This document shows, in pieces, positions 1-10,008 of a stretch of DNA of 64,000 nt (positions are counted from its first letter, which is position 1; every line of letters begins with the position of its first letter). The notes under the pieces are model-generated. The model ran no database searches and was not told the origin of the DNA. It saw only the letters and a list, made by a program, of their open reading frames with translations. A program made the position numbers and the translations under genes. Source of the DNA: Spirochaetales bacterium Spiro_02 (GTDB lineage Bacteria > Spirochaetota > Spirochaetia > Sphaerochaetales > Sphaerochaetaceae); the NCBI GenBank assembly GCA_001604275.1, contig LVBD01000038.1, positions 17,793-81,792 on the forward strand. Reading direction: 5' to 3'.

Positions 1-336
1 CATCGCCCCCCAACGAAGCTCGTCGGCTATCCCCTCGTAAGCTTGCTCGGGGGTCATGCCCTTATGTTTGCGCAGTTCATGGTATTCATCGGCGAAAGCC
101 TGCCTGTCCGGCGAACATGTCGGGTCTACGACATCGATGCCCTGGAGATCGACACCAACCTTGCTTGCCGCGGCCTTGACGGCTTCCACGTTCCCTACGA
201 GGGTCACCTTGCTGGCGATCTTCTGATCAACGATTTTCCTTGCTGCCTGGAGAGTCCTCGGCTCCGTTCCCTCGGGCAGTACCAGCTTCTTGTCGGCGGC
301 GACCGCCTTGGCTTTCATTTCTTCTGCGAATGTCAT
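1..336 (-). CDS. pta: Phosphate acetyltransferase, N-terminal 112 codons (gene runs off the left edge)
   Basis: Reverse-complement reading from the ATG at 336 gives MTFAEEMKAKAVAADKKLVLPEGTEPRTLQAARKIVDQKIASKVTLVGN..., the LPEG.E.R.L N-terminus typical of Pta. It is open to position 1, so it is not in the ORF track. The listed + ORF 43..618 is its antisense shadow. Confidence 0.8.
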   Translation of the reverse strand, partial: MTFAEEMKAKAVAADKKLVLPEGTEPRTLQAARKIVDQKIASKVTLVGNVEAVKAAASKVGVDLQGIDVVDPTCSPDRQAFADEYHELRKHKGMTPEQAYEGIADELRWGAM

Positions 337-559
337 GTAATGCTCCATCCCAATGGTTTTGGACGGCGGACAAAGAAATCCACCGAAAAAATCATACCAC
401 GATTGGATACGATAGGAAATACCTGCAGCGACGTCGGATGTAAAAGTCCGGCGATATTTCCCCGGATGCCGGCGATCCTGACCTGTCCGTACAAGGACCG
501 GAATCGTTGTATCGCCCCGACTTTTCATGATATGCTCTCGCCGAGGTATCCCTGTCGGG

Positions 560-1810
560 ATGAAGGTGGCTATGGCTGCATCGATTTCGGATCGCAAACC
601 CGTGCAGAGGATCAGTAAGATCCTCTTTTTGATGCTTGTCATCAACGCTTTGGCAAGCAGTCTGTTCGGACCGTTGACGAACGATATCATGCGGACGTGT
701 TCAATGACTTTGACCGAAGTCGGGGCGCTGGTGTCTGCGAGCCAGGCAGCCGTGTTTCTTTCCTTTCTCGCGCTTCCGGCCCTTACTCGGCGGCTGGGTT
801 CCTATCGATTGCTGCTGGTGGGGATACTGGGTTCCGCGATCGGATTCTTCCTGATGGGAGTTTCGCGGACTCCGTGGATGTTCTCGATCGCGTTTCTCAC
901 GCAATCACTGCTTGGCTATTTCTATTCTAGCTGCAACTATGCGGTGATGGCGCAGTGCGACGTGAAGCGCAGAACGACCAATATCCCGCTGATGCATCTT
1001 GTCTACAGTGTCGGTTCAATCGGTGCCGGCGCATTCGTTTCTTGGGCCGGAGGGCCGTCCTGGTACAAAGGCTATTATGTCGCCGCCGCCCTATATATCC
1101 TGGGGTTGCTTCTGTTCTTGACCAGATGGGGGGAAGCGAAAGGAAATGCCGCGCTGATGCCCTCGATCCGCCGCATCGTCGTTTCCAAGCATCGCCACAA
1201 TCCGTTCTCCGGCTTTTCGCTGCTCCTGCGCAAGGAGTTTCTCGTGTTCTTCATCTTCCTGATCTGCGTGACATCCATCGAATATTGCGCGACCATCTAT
1301 CCAGTGTTGTTTCTCGAACTGTCATGGGAAGCGACGGCTTCAATGACGGGACTATCGGTGACCATCTACTGGGTCGGTAGTACCGTCAGCAGGGTGTTCG
1401 TGATGCCTTCGTTGAAGAAAGGTCTCAACGCCACCGTGCTGCTGGCCACGCTGACCGGGTTGTGTTCAGTGGCTTTGGCTGTGATCCCGCTGATGCCGAC
1501 GGCATCGTTGGCGTTATGGACGATGCCATTGCTCGGTTTCGCCTTCGGGGCGCTGAATCCTGTGAGTCAGATCGTGGAGATCAGGCGATGGTCGGACGAC
1601 ATGGACCAGGTGGCCAATCTCCACATGATCAGCGGTGTGATCGGACGCTTGGTGCTTCCCGTAATTGTCAGCTCGATCGGCGAGCGTTCCGGACTTGGCC
1701 CTGGATTGCTGCTGCTCGCTGTACTGATGGCATTGGCGGTCGTCATGCTCCTGCTCTCCGAGCGGTTGTACAGGAAGAGCGTATTGCAGGACGGCGGGAC
1801 AATGGTATAG
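560..1810 (+). CDS. MFS-family transporter
   Basis: The ORF 527..1810 is trimmed to the ATG at 560 (MKVAMAAS...). The protein is about 12 hydrophobic segments throughout, with no other motifs. Confidence 0.7.
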   Translation: MKVAMAASISDRKPVQRISKILFLMLVINALASSLFGPLTNDIMRTCSMTLTEVGALVSASQAAVFLSFLALPALTRRLGSYRLLLVGILGSAIGFFLMGVSRTPWMFSIAFLTQSLLGYFYSSCNYAVMAQCDVKRRTTNIPLMHLVYSVGSIGAGAFVSWAGGPSWYKGYYVAAALYILGLLLFLTRWGEAKGNAALMPSIRRIVVSKHRHNPFSGFSLLLRKEFLVFFIFLICVTSIEYCATIYPVLFLELSWEATASMTGLSVTIYWVGSTVSRVFVMPSLKKGLNATVLLATLTGLCSVALAVIPLMPTASLALWTMPLLGFAFGALNPVSQIVEIRRWSDDMDQVANLHMISGVIGRLVLPVIVSSIGERSGLGPGLLLLAVLMALAVVMLLLSERLYRKSVLQDGGTMV

Positions 1811-1901
1811 AGTGACGCTGACGGCAAGGAACTGACCGCGGTTTCGGCGGCTCTCGCAATCGAGGCCCGATCGACGGCAGGGTGGTCGTCATGAGGAATT
1901 C

Positions 1902-2651
1902 ATGCGTATCGGTGTATATGGTCTGGGGCGATTTGGATATTTCTGGGCGGGACTGCTTGCGAAAGCCGGTCACGATGTGTGCGGGTTCGGCCGTCATGCG
2001 ACCAGCGTCCCGTGCGGCGTTCGGCTTGTCGGGGAGGACGAAGCGCTTGAACAGGACGCAGTGTTCTTTTGCGTAACGATCAGCGCGTTCGCCGACGTGA
2101 TTCGTCGCGTCGCTTCGAAGCTGTCCCCTGGAGTGACGGTTCTCGACACCTGTTCCGTCAAGCTCCATCCTGCGCATGTCATGGAGGAGTATCTTCCTGA
2201 CGGAGTGTTCAGCATCGCCACCCATCCGATGTTCGGTCCGGATTCAGGACGGAACGGGGTGACAGGTCTGCCGCTTGTCATCAGTGGTGTGCATTGTCCC
2301 GACGTAGTCGTACGGCGGTGGAGCGATGAATTCGCCTCATGGGGGCTGAAGGTACTGCACATGAGCTGCGACCAGCATGACAAGGAAGCGGCATGGTCGC
2401 AAGGGATCACGCACTTCGTCGGACGTACGCTCGACGAGCTGCACCTGCAGCCCACCCAGTTAGCCACCCTAGGATATACCCGGCTCATGTCGATCGTCGA
2501 ACAGACCTGCAATGACCCGATCCAGCTGTTCTATGATCTACAGCGCTACAATCCGTATGCGCCGCAGATGCGGCTCGAGTTGAAACAGGCGCTGGAAAAG
2601 GTCATGTCCTCCCTGGCCGCGCAAGACGCAGAAACGGAGACTCAAGCATGA
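1902..2651 (+). CDS. tyrA: Prephenate/arogenate dehydrogenase family protein
   Basis: N-terminal Rossmann motif MRIGVYGLGRFGYFWAGLL, followed by the ...SIATHPMFGP... and HDKEAAWSQGITHF blocks typical of TyrA. Confidence 0.75.
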   Translation: MRIGVYGLGRFGYFWAGLLAKAGHDVCGFGRHATSVPCGVRLVGEDEALEQDAVFFCVTISAFADVIRRVASKLSPGVTVLDTCSVKLHPAHVMEEYLPDGVFSIATHPMFGPDSGRNGVTGLPLVISGVHCPDVVVRRWSDEFASWGLKVLHMSCDQHDKEAAWSQGITHFVGRTLDELHLQPTQLATLGYTRLMSIVEQTCNDPIQLFYDLQRYNPYAPQMRLELKQALEKVMSSLAAQDAETETQA

Positions 2652-4021
2652 AGATATGCGTCTATACGCTCGGATGTCGGCTGAACCAGTGTGAAAGCGA
2701 AGCGATCGCGGACGCGTTCTCGAAACGCGGCTACGCCATCGTGCCCGACGGGCAGCCTGCCGACTTGTATATCGTCAACACGTGCACGGTGACCAGCAAG
2801 GCGGAACAGAAGGCCCGCCGGATGATCCGAAAATATGCCGCCGAGCCTCAGGCGCAGGCTGTCGTGGTGACGGGATGCTATGCGCAGCTCGACGCCGACC
2901 AGATTTCGATACTGGCCGATCGTGTCGTCGTCCTTCCGCTGGATAAGAAAGCCAATCTGCTTGATTTCCCTGAATTCCTGTCCGTTCGTCTGTCCGAAGG
3001 GTTTTCCCCATTGGAAGCATGCCGCGCATTCGCGGGGCTTGACGGCGATGCGCTTTCCGCATTGCATGTAGGAAGTGGCGGAAACTTGACGGGGCAGGGA
3101 GAGCCGTCTCCGTTCGACTACGATGCCGCATCTTTCAGTTACCATTGCAGGGCGTATCTGAAAATCCAGGACGGGTGCGACAACGCCTGTGCATTCTGCC
3201 GGGTCCATGTGGCCCGCGGCGCTGCGATCAGTCTCGATGGAGACGAGGTAGTCGGTAGGGCCCTTGCGCTGGAACGGGAAGGGTTCCACGAAATCGTGCT
3301 CACCGGCGTGAACTTGACGATGTACGACCATCGGGCCGATGGGCTCGGCGGTCTGCTTCGCAAGTTGCTCGCGGCATTGGGCTCCGATGTCAGGATCAGA
3401 CTTTCGTCCCTTGAACCCGACCATGTGGACGATCGGTTGCTCGACCAATTGACCGACCCCCGGATGCAACCGCATTTCCATGTGCCCGTGCAGTCCGCCA
3501 GCGATGTCGTGCTTGCCAGAGTGAACCGCCGCTACGACGTCGAGCATCTGTCCCATGTGATCGAACGGATGCGCCAGGTCAAGGTCGATCCGTTCATCGC
3601 GGCGGATGTAATCGCCGGGCTGCCCGCGGAAGGTGATGCGGAGTTTCGAGAGACGTGCGAATTTTTTGTCCGCAATCAATTCGCCCAAATGCATGTGTTC
3701 CCGTTCTCTCCGCGACCAGACACCCCGCTGTTCCATGCGACGGACCGGGTTCCCGAGAGTGTGCGCGACCAACGTGCGACAGTGCTTCGAGATCTATCCG
3801 CGCGCCTGCATTCCGAATATGTCGGACGACAGGGCGGGCGACAGCTGGAAGCGATTCTCGAACAGAGGAAGAAAGGTTCCTGGTACGCTCTGACAGGCAA
3901 CTACCTGAAAGTCCGTCTGCTTGATGTCCCTCCGCTTTCCAGCCCGGGAGAATTGGTCCGCGTAGTCATGGATCCCGTCGGAGCGGGGCAGGTCCTTCCG
4001 ATCGCACGCTTCATAGGTTGA
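2648..4021 (+). CDS. mtaB: Radical-SAM methylthiotransferase, MtaB-type (tRNA t6A37 methylthiolation)
   Basis: UPF0004 N-domain with LGCRLNQCESE and NTCTVT cysteines. Radical-SAM cluster CDNACAFC. ATGA start/stop overlap with tyrA. Confidence 0.8.
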   Translation: MKICVYTLGCRLNQCESEAIADAFSKRGYAIVPDGQPADLYIVNTCTVTSKAEQKARRMIRKYAAEPQAQAVVVTGCYAQLDADQISILADRVVVLPLDKKANLLDFPEFLSVRLSEGFSPLEACRAFAGLDGDALSALHVGSGGNLTGQGEPSPFDYDAASFSYHCRAYLKIQDGCDNACAFCRVHVARGAAISLDGDEVVGRALALEREGFHEIVLTGVNLTMYDHRADGLGGLLRKLLAALGSDVRIRLSSLEPDHVDDRLLDQLTDPRMQPHFHVPVQSASDVVLARVNRRYDVEHLSHVIERMRQVKVDPFIAADVIAGLPAEGDAEFRETCEFFVRNQFAQMHVFPFSPRPDTPLFHATDRVPESVRDQRATVLRDLSARLHSEYVGRQGGRQLEAILEQRKKGSWYALTGNYLKVRLLDVPPLSSPGELVRVVMDPVGAGQVLPIARFIG

Positions 4022-4025
4022 TACG

Positions 4026-4967
4026 TCAGCTTTTTTTTCGTTTGAGATCCCGATACACGGTCTTCGGATCTTCCATCAGCACCATCGTGTCGGCAGGAAC
4101 ATCCTGCTTGAGCCAGACATTGGAACCGATGACCGCATTCTTTCCAACCGTAATATCGCCGAGAATCGTCGCATGGGCATAGATAGTGACATTGTCTTGG
4201 ATCGTCGGATGGCGTTTCGCCCCCCGTATCAACGATCCGCAGGCGTCTTTTGGAAAGCTCAACGCCCCCAGCGTGACTCCTTGGTAGAGCTTCACGTTGT
4301 CGCCGATTACCGAAGTTTCGCCGATGACGACTCCGGTTCCATGGTCGATGAAGAACGATTCGCCGATCTGTGCTCCTGGATGGATGTCGATGCCGGTTTC
4401 CCGATGTACCCGTTCGTTCATCATCCGGGGAATCAGCGGAATATTCTGCGTGAACAGGAAATGAGCGACTCTGTGTACGGTCAGCGTCTTCATGCATGGG
4501 TACGAAAGAATCACTTCATGCACGTTCCTGGCGGCAGGATCTCCGGCAAACCCTGCCGCGGCATCGAGCTTCAGCATTCGGCGGATCGAAGGGAGTTCCT
4601 CGAGCAATGCCGACACAGCCCGCTGCGCCTGCCGCTCGTAATAGACGGAGGCTTGCGCATCCTCCAGATGTTCTACGTTCTCATATCGTAGGGCGAGGCA
4701 TATCTGACGATTCAGCGATATGGACACATTCGATAGATGTTCCTCGACGACTTGCTCCAGGGAACGACTCTTGTCGTCATCGCCGCATCTGCCGGGGAAC
4801 ATCAGTTCCATCAGCTCATCGGCGATCTCTCCGATCACAGCCATGGAGGGAAGCGGATTCAAACCGTGGAAGTTCGCTTTGTTATCACCGGTTCTGTCGT
4901 AGCTTGCGAGAAACTTCCGCAGAAACGGACCGCTGTCGAAGTCGCGGATGTCGTTGCAATCGCTCAT
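4026..4967 (-). CDS. cysE: Serine O-acetyltransferase (long form)
   Basis: GIDIHPGAQIGESFFIDHGTGVVIGETSVIGDNVKLYQGVTLGA hexapeptide-repeat core with the SAT N-terminal helical domain. Confidence 0.85.
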   Translation of the reverse strand: MSDCNDIRDFDSGPFLRKFLASYDRTGDNKANFHGLNPLPSMAVIGEIADELMELMFPGRCGDDDKSRSLEQVVEEHLSNVSISLNRQICLALRYENVEHLEDAQASVYYERQAQRAVSALLEELPSIRRMLKLDAAAGFAGDPAARNVHEVILSYPCMKTLTVHRVAHFLFTQNIPLIPRMMNERVHRETGIDIHPGAQIGESFFIDHGTGVVIGETSVIGDNVKLYQGVTLGALSFPKDACGSLIRGAKRHPTIQDNVTIYAHATILGDITVGKNAVIGSNVWLKQDVPADTMVLMEDPKTVYRDLKRKKS

Positions 4968-5040
4968 GGTATTTTCCCCTCACTCTCGTATGAATAATAC
5001 TATCTGTACGTATGGAGAGGGAAGCCCCCCGTGCGGATTA

Positions 5041-5631
5041 TCAGGCGAATCGTTCTCGGAATTTACCGGCAAGCAGGACCGCGACGATGATCTTGATGGT
5101 ATCACCGATGAGAAACGGATACATTCCTCCCGCAAGGGCAGCGCTCCATGACAGTTGCCTGTTGACCTTGAGCCAGGGAACTCCCGCTCCATATATTCCA
5201 ATGAACGTAGCCAGCACCGCTCCAAGCGCACACCACAGGAGGAACCGCTTTCCATTGGGCTGTTCGCCCTCCTTGTGCCGATATCCGATGTCGGAACATA
5301 CGCCGGCGATCAGTACAGCCGGAATGAGTCCGAACAGGAATCCTCCTGTCGGTCCGATCATTGCGGCGATCCCGCCCCCGCTGGTGAACACCGGCATCCC
5401 GATCGCCCCGATGAACAGATACACCGCCACCGACGCAAGTCCGATCTTCCATCCGCACATCAATCCCGCAGTCAATACGAACAACGTCTGAAGCGTCACC
5501 GGGACAGGGGGGATGGGTACCTTGATATACGCTCCCACGGCCATCAAGGCTGCGAAAAGCGCCGTGACCAGAACATTGCGGGTCTGCAACGTTCGCTTCT
5601 GCTGTTCATCGACTGTATCTGTCTCTTCCAT
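5041..5631 (-). CDS. bioY: Biotin transporter S-component BioY
   Basis: VTLQTLFVLTAGLMCGWKIGL...GAIGMPVFTSGGGIAAMIGPTGGFLFG is the BioY signature. The gene is divergent from birA with a BirA operator in between. Confidence 0.85.
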   Translation of the reverse strand: MEETDTVDEQQKRTLQTRNVLVTALFAALMAVGAYIKVPIPPVPVTLQTLFVLTAGLMCGWKIGLASVAVYLFIGAIGMPVFTSGGGIAAMIGPTGGFLFGLIPAVLIAGVCSDIGYRHKEGEQPNGKRFLLWCALGAVLATFIGIYGAGVPWLKVNRQLSWSAALAGGMYPFLIGDTIKIIVAVLLAGKFRERFA

Positions 5632-5676
5632 GATTTCCTCCTGTCTCCCGTAGACATATATCAGAAACGATGCTTA

Positions 5677-5709
5677 TTGTAAACCTATTTTTTAGAAAAT
5701 GGTTTACAA
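5677..5709. promoter_or_regulatory. BirA operator (bioO-like inverted repeat)
   Basis: TTGTAAACC (5677-5685), a 15-nt AT-rich spacer, then GGTTTACAA (5701-5709). The 9-bp arms are perfect. It lies between bioY and birA. Confidence 0.75.
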
Positions 5710-5856
5710 TTGAATCGTGCATATCATGCATGTCATGCTTCGGGCTGTGCGTCGATTTTTGCATCTGCCGCGGGTGCATGGCGGCGGTGTCCGGGGAAAA
5801 TACTTCCCGTACCGCTTCTTGCGTCTGATCGTCCCCGCTGGTACAATGGCGGTATC

Positions 5857-6870
5857 ATGCGAGTGAAGGATCGGCTGCTCGTCTATTTCGAGCGACATGC
5901 GGAAGAACACGTCTCAGGAGAGCGCCTGGCTTCGTTGCTAGGGGTTTCCCGGGCGGCTGTCTGGAAAGCGATCCAGGAATTGAAACGCGACGGGTATCGT
6001 TTTTCAGCCGTCACCAACAAAGGGTATCGGCTTGAGGGCGATCCCGATGTCCTGTCGCGGTCGGCCATCATGTCGTATCTTTCCGTCCCCGGCGAGGCGG
6101 ACATACGGTTCTACGACGAAGTCGAGTCGACCAACAAGACCGCGAAGTTGCTTGCGATGGACGGCGCTGCCCATGGTACCGTGGTCGTGGCTGCCAGGCA
6201 GACCGGCGGGCGTGGACGCCGCGGACGCTCGTTCGCGTCTCCGGAGGGCGGCATATACATCAGCGTGATTCTCAAGCCGTCGGTGATGCATCTGGATATG
6301 GACGGAGCGCTTCTGATCACTTCCGCCGTCGCCGTGGCGGTTTCTCGCGCGATTTCGACCGTCTGCGGCATCGAAGTATCCATCAAATGGGTCAACGACC
6401 TGTTCTACAACGGTCGGAAGGTCTGCGGTATTCTTTCCGAGGGGGTGTCCGACTTTGAAAGCGGAGGGCTGGACTGCATCGTAGTCGGCGTGGGCGTCAA
6501 CTTCTCCACTCCGCTTCAGGCTTTTCCCGATGAACTGCGCGAGATCGCCGGCTCCCTGTTCCCGTCGGACGACGCACGACCGCGGGGTGTTTCACGTAGC
6601 CGTCTGGCGGGGGCGATCATTTCCGCCATCCTCGCCGAGAGCGCGAGTGTCTCTTCCAGAAAATTCCTCGAGGAATATCGACGACGATCGTTTCTCATCG
6701 GGCAGTCGGTACAGGTCCTTTCCCCGACCGGCGGTCAGGTACCTGCACAGGTTCTTGCCATAGACGACGACTGTCGTCTCGTCGTACGGCATACTGATGG
6801 CTCAGTGGAGCATATCGGCACAGGAGAAGTTTCGATCCGGTTTTCTCCGGCCGTCAAGGCTCTGACGTAG
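5857..6870 (+). CDS. birA: Bifunctional biotin-[acetyl-CoA-carboxylase] ligase / bio repressor
   Basis: The ORF 5710..6870 is trimmed to the ATG at 5857. N-terminal wHTH (ISGERLASLLGVSRAAVWKAIQELKRDGY) plus the ligase motif GRGRRGRSF. Confidence 0.9.
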   Translation: MRVKDRLLVYFERHAEEHVSGERLASLLGVSRAAVWKAIQELKRDGYRFSAVTNKGYRLEGDPDVLSRSAIMSYLSVPGEADIRFYDEVESTNKTAKLLAMDGAAHGTVVVAARQTGGRGRRGRSFASPEGGIYISVILKPSVMHLDMDGALLITSAVAVAVSRAISTVCGIEVSIKWVNDLFYNGRKVCGILSEGVSDFESGGLDCIVVGVGVNFSTPLQAFPDELREIAGSLFPSDDARPRGVSRSRLAGAIISAILAESASVSSRKFLEEYRRRSFLIGQSVQVLSPTGGQVPAQVLAIDDDCRLVVRHTDGSVEHIGTGEVSIRFSPAVKALT

Positions 6871-6936
6871 CGGATGCCAGTACAACGGACGGAGGCGTTT
6901 TCCGTGAACTTCTTTGCGGGAATCGGTTGCCTCCAC

Positions 6937-6965
6937 TTGCCATCGGTATCGGTTCCTACTATAGT
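6937..6965 (+). promoter_or_regulatory. Sigma70-type promoter candidate for argS
   Basis: TTGCCA (6937-6942), N17, TATAGT (6960-6965), about 50 nt upstream of the argS ATG. Confidence 0.45.
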
Positions 6966-7015
6966 TTACAACTACGCAAACCAATCGATTACTCTGAGGG
7001 AAAAAGGTACTGATC

Positions 7016-8788
7016 ATGTTGCAGAAGGTACGTCAGCAGTGGAAGGATCTGGTGGAAGCTCAGCTTGCCGGATACGCGAAAGAACTTGTCGGTGACGACG
7101 ATGCGGTCTCCTCGTTGCCTCCGCTTGCCGTCCAGACCCCTCCGAAACCGGAGCTGGGTGACATCGCGTTCCCGCTGTTCTCCTATGCCAAGGCGCTGAA
7201 AGCCGCCCCTCCGAAGATCGCCGCGGATATCAAGGCCCGCATCGAGGCGTTGTCCGATCGGCCGGCAGGACAGTTGTTGCTCGCCGGACCGTATCTCAAT
7301 GTGAAGATCGATGTCGCCGCCTTGGCCGCCGACTTGTCCCGTGAGATCAGAAGCGAAGGGCCGTCGTACGGATGCAACGAGGCAAAGCGCGGAATGAAGG
7401 TGATGGTGGAGTTCAGCTGTCCCAATACCAACAAGCCCCTCCACCTCGGACATATGCGCAACGACAGTCTCGGCGAAAGCGTCAGCGCGATCCTCAGGGC
7501 CAACGGAGCCGAGGTGCGAAAGGTCAATCTCGTCAACAACCGTGGCGTCCATATCTGCAAGTCGATGCTCGCCTACGAAAAGTTCGGTAACGGCGAGACT
7601 CCCGAGAGTTCCGGCCTGAAGGGGGACCATCTTGTCGGCAAGTATTATGTTCGGTTCGCTCAGTGGGAGAAGGAAGATTCGACGGCGGTCGAGCAGGCCC
7701 AGGAGATGCTCAAGAAGTGGGAGGAAGGAGAGCCTGCCGTCATCGCGCTCTGGAAGAAGATGAACCAGTGGACCCTCGACGGTCTTGCGGAGAGCTACCG
7801 GAAGATGGGGGTCAGCTTCGACAAGTACTACTATGAAAGCGACACGTACAAACTGGGTAAGGACGAAGTGCTCAAGGGGCTGGAGAAAGGTGTGTTCTAT
7901 CGCGAGGCGGACGGATCCGTGTGGATCGATCTCGCCGACATTAAGCTCGACAAGAAGGTCCTGCTCCGCAAGGACGGGACGAGTCTGTATATGACGCAGG
8001 ATCTTGGCACCGCGGTCGCCAGGCATGAGGACTGGCCGTTCGATTCGCTGATCTATGTGGTGGCGAGCGAACAGAATTACCATTTCAAGGTGCTGTTCCA
8101 TGTTCTTGGAAAGCTCGGCTACGAGTGGGCGAAGAATCTGCATCATCTCTCATACGGGATGGTCAATCTTCCCGAGGGCAAGATGAAGAGCAGGGAAGGA
8201 ACCGTCGTGGACGCGGACGATCTGGTCGACCAGCTGACAAGTCTGGCGGCCGACGAGATCCGTGCCAAGGAACGGGAGGGCGAGGTCGGAGACGTCGATG
8301 CCACGGCTCATGCGATCGCCCTCGGCGCATTGAACTACTACTTGCTGCAAGTCAGCCCGACGAAGGACATGATCTTCAATCCCGCCGAGTCGATTTCATT
8401 CAACGGCAATACCGGTCCGTACCTCCAGTACATGGGGGCGCGCATATCCAGCATGCTCCGCAAGTTCGCCGAAGTGGAAACCGACTATGTTTCCGTGCCG
8501 TTCGATCCTGCGCTGCTGGCCCTGGAGGATGAACGGGAATTGATCAAGGTGCTCGCTTCCTATCCCGAAGCGGTCGCTAAAGCTGGTTCGGACTATGACC
8601 CGTCGGTCATTACGGCATACCTGTACGATGTGTCCCGCCGTTTCAGCAAATGGTACCACGACAACCAGATACTCAAGGCCGGCGAACCTGCGCTTGTCAA
8701 GGCGCGGGTGGAGCTTTCTTCGATGGTGCTTCAGGTACTGCGGAACGCTTTCTCTCTGGTCGGCATCCCGTATCTCTCCACCATGTAA
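7016..8788 (+). CDS. argS: Arginine--tRNA ligase
   Basis: Class I HIGH motif (NTNKPLHLGHMRN), an ArgRS N-terminal domain and the DALR anticodon-binding C-terminus. 590 aa. Confidence 0.95.
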   Translation: MLQKVRQQWKDLVEAQLAGYAKELVGDDDAVSSLPPLAVQTPPKPELGDIAFPLFSYAKALKAAPPKIAADIKARIEALSDRPAGQLLLAGPYLNVKIDVAALAADLSREIRSEGPSYGCNEAKRGMKVMVEFSCPNTNKPLHLGHMRNDSLGESVSAILRANGAEVRKVNLVNNRGVHICKSMLAYEKFGNGETPESSGLKGDHLVGKYYVRFAQWEKEDSTAVEQAQEMLKKWEEGEPAVIALWKKMNQWTLDGLAESYRKMGVSFDKYYYESDTYKLGKDEVLKGLEKGVFYREADGSVWIDLADIKLDKKVLLRKDGTSLYMTQDLGTAVARHEDWPFDSLIYVVASEQNYHFKVLFHVLGKLGYEWAKNLHHLSYGMVNLPEGKMKSREGTVVDADDLVDQLTSLAADEIRAKEREGEVGDVDATAHAIALGALNYYLLQVSPTKDMIFNPAESISFNGNTGPYLQYMGARISSMLRKFAEVETDYVSVPFDPALLALEDERELIKVLASYPEAVAKAGSDYDPSVITAYLYDVSRRFSKWYHDNQILKAGEPALVKARVELSSMVLQVLRNAFSLVGIPYLSTM

Positions 8789-8912
8789 GGGTGCCGGCAG
8801 GGTGATTTCGTAGCGTGAATGGGCGGGCGGTATGGATGTATGGATGTGCGCCGGCGGACGTTCTGCAATGTCGGTGAAAGTATCTTGAAATCGTCTTGCC
8901 GGCTTCTCGCGA

Positions 8913-9530
8913 TCACCTTGCAGTGACTTTGTGATCCCCCGTATAAAGGGAGCAGAAGCGGCGGATGAAACGCTCTTCCTCCCATTCGATGTCTTCGTCG
9001 TCTTTCCTGACCATCGAGCGAGTCAGGAAGGCTTGGACCGTGTTCGTGAACATCGTCACAGCCAGATCCAGTTCCTCGATATCGAGACGCCCGGTTTCGT
9101 TGAGCGTTTCCAGCAGTACCTCCGACTGTCCTCGCAGCATGTGTGCGAACATTTCGCTGGTCGTCGCAGCTATGGGGAGGATCAGCTTCTGCTCTTCGAC
9201 GATCCGGTAGAAATAGGAAAGGGGCGCGGTGGTGTAGAGTCTATGCCAATGTTCCATTGCGCGGGACAGCACTTCCTGTGCGGTTCCTTTGAACGAGATC
9301 GTCGCCTCTTGGATAGAGGCGAGGCCGGTGCAATAGGCGAACATGCGCTCGATCAACTTTTCCCGCGACGGGAAGTGGTAGTAGAGACTGGCTTTCCTGA
9401 TACCCGCCCTTGCGGCGATATCGGATAGCGATGTATTGTCCAGCCCTTGTTTCGAAGCAAGTTCAAGGGTAATGAGAAGCAGGCGTTCACCGGCATCCTG
9501 GGGGCCGCCATTATCCGAAATCTCATTCAT
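8913..9530 (-). CDS. TetR/AcrR-family transcriptional regulator
   Basis: N-terminal HTH: LDNTSLSDIAARAGIRKASLYYHFPSREKL. Confidence 0.8.
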   Translation of the reverse strand: MNEISDNGGPQDAGERLLLITLELASKQGLDNTSLSDIAARAGIRKASLYYHFPSREKLIERMFAYCTGLASIQEATISFKGTAQEVLSRAMEHWHRLYTTAPLSYFYRIVEEQKLILPIAATTSEMFAHMLRGQSEVLLETLNETGRLDIEELDLAVTMFTNTVQAFLTRSMVRKDDEDIEWEEERFIRRFCSLYTGDHKVTAR

Positions 9531-9543
9531 GAAGCATAGTATA

Positions 9544-9565
9544 GCCTACCGAACGATAGGTAGGC
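9544..9565. promoter_or_regulatory. Inverted repeat, candidate TetR operator
   Basis: GCCTACC (9544-9550), 8 nt, GGTAGGC (9559-9565), 14 nt upstream of the TetR start codon. Confidence 0.3.
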
Positions 9566-9610
9566 AAGCGCAATATTTCCTGATTTCCAGCAAAGTTTCC
9601 GAACGAATGA

Positions 9611-9639
9611 TTGAAAGGTTCTCCGGAGGATGGTATAAA
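9611..9639 (+). promoter_or_regulatory. Sigma70-type promoter candidate for rplU-rpmA
   Basis: TTGAAA (9611-9616), N17, TATAAA (9634-9639). Confidence 0.45.
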
Positions 9640-9685
9640 GCAGATCGAATAATTCAAATTCAAACGAATGAAGGAAGTGATCGTC

Positions 9686-9997
9686 ATGTACGCACTGGTA
9701 GAAATTCTCGGAAAACAGTACAAGGCACTCGTCGGTGCCACGCTGCAGGTGGACAAGCTTTCCATGGAGGAAGGGGCCGCTCTGGAGCTGGATAAGGTAC
9801 TCGCACTCGTCGATGAAAACAGCGCCAAGTTCGGCACACCGTATGTGTCCGGAGCAAAGGTTCTCGCGACGGTCGAAGGCGAGATGAAGGGTGACAAGAT
9901 CAAGGTCTACAAATTCCATCGCCGCAAGGGCTATCGTCGGACCCAGGGTCATCGTCAGCAGTATTCTCTCATCAAGATCAATGAGATCATCGGTTAA
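9686..9997 (+). CDS. rplU: 50S ribosomal protein L21
   Basis: [14 protein letters not shown]... with the RBS AAGGAAG 8 nt upstream. The track ORF start 9668 was trimmed. Confidence 0.92.
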   Translation: MYALVEILGKQYKALVGATLQVDKLSMEEGAALELDKVLALVDENSAKFGTPYVSGAKVLATVEGEMKGDKIKVYKFHRRKGYRRTQGHRQQYSLIKINEIIG

Positions 9998-10008
9998 GGA
10001 GTTCAGAA

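Noticed and set aside
43-618. A 191-aa plus-strand ORF at the left edge.
   Set aside because: It is the antisense shadow of the pta 5' end (1..336, minus), whose translation is a clear Pta N-terminus.
5710-5856. The N-terminal 49-codon extension of the birA ORF, and similar upstream extensions in the track for nadD, gldA, the S41 peptidase, mtnA, mtaD, ispE, galM and yidD.
   Set aside because: The extensions have non-protein-like composition, overlap operators or neighbouring genes, and lack an RBS. Internal ATGs with an RBS reproduce the canonical family N-termini.
6871-7015. T-box leaders upstream of argS. I also checked upstream of gltX (37049-37220) and in the 19560-19982 region upstream of the TrpX-like ABC operon.
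   Set aside because: No T-box consensus (AATTAGGGTGGTACCGCG-like) or specifier/antiterminator architecture is visible. The leaders are short and are explained by ordinary sigma70-type promoter candidates.
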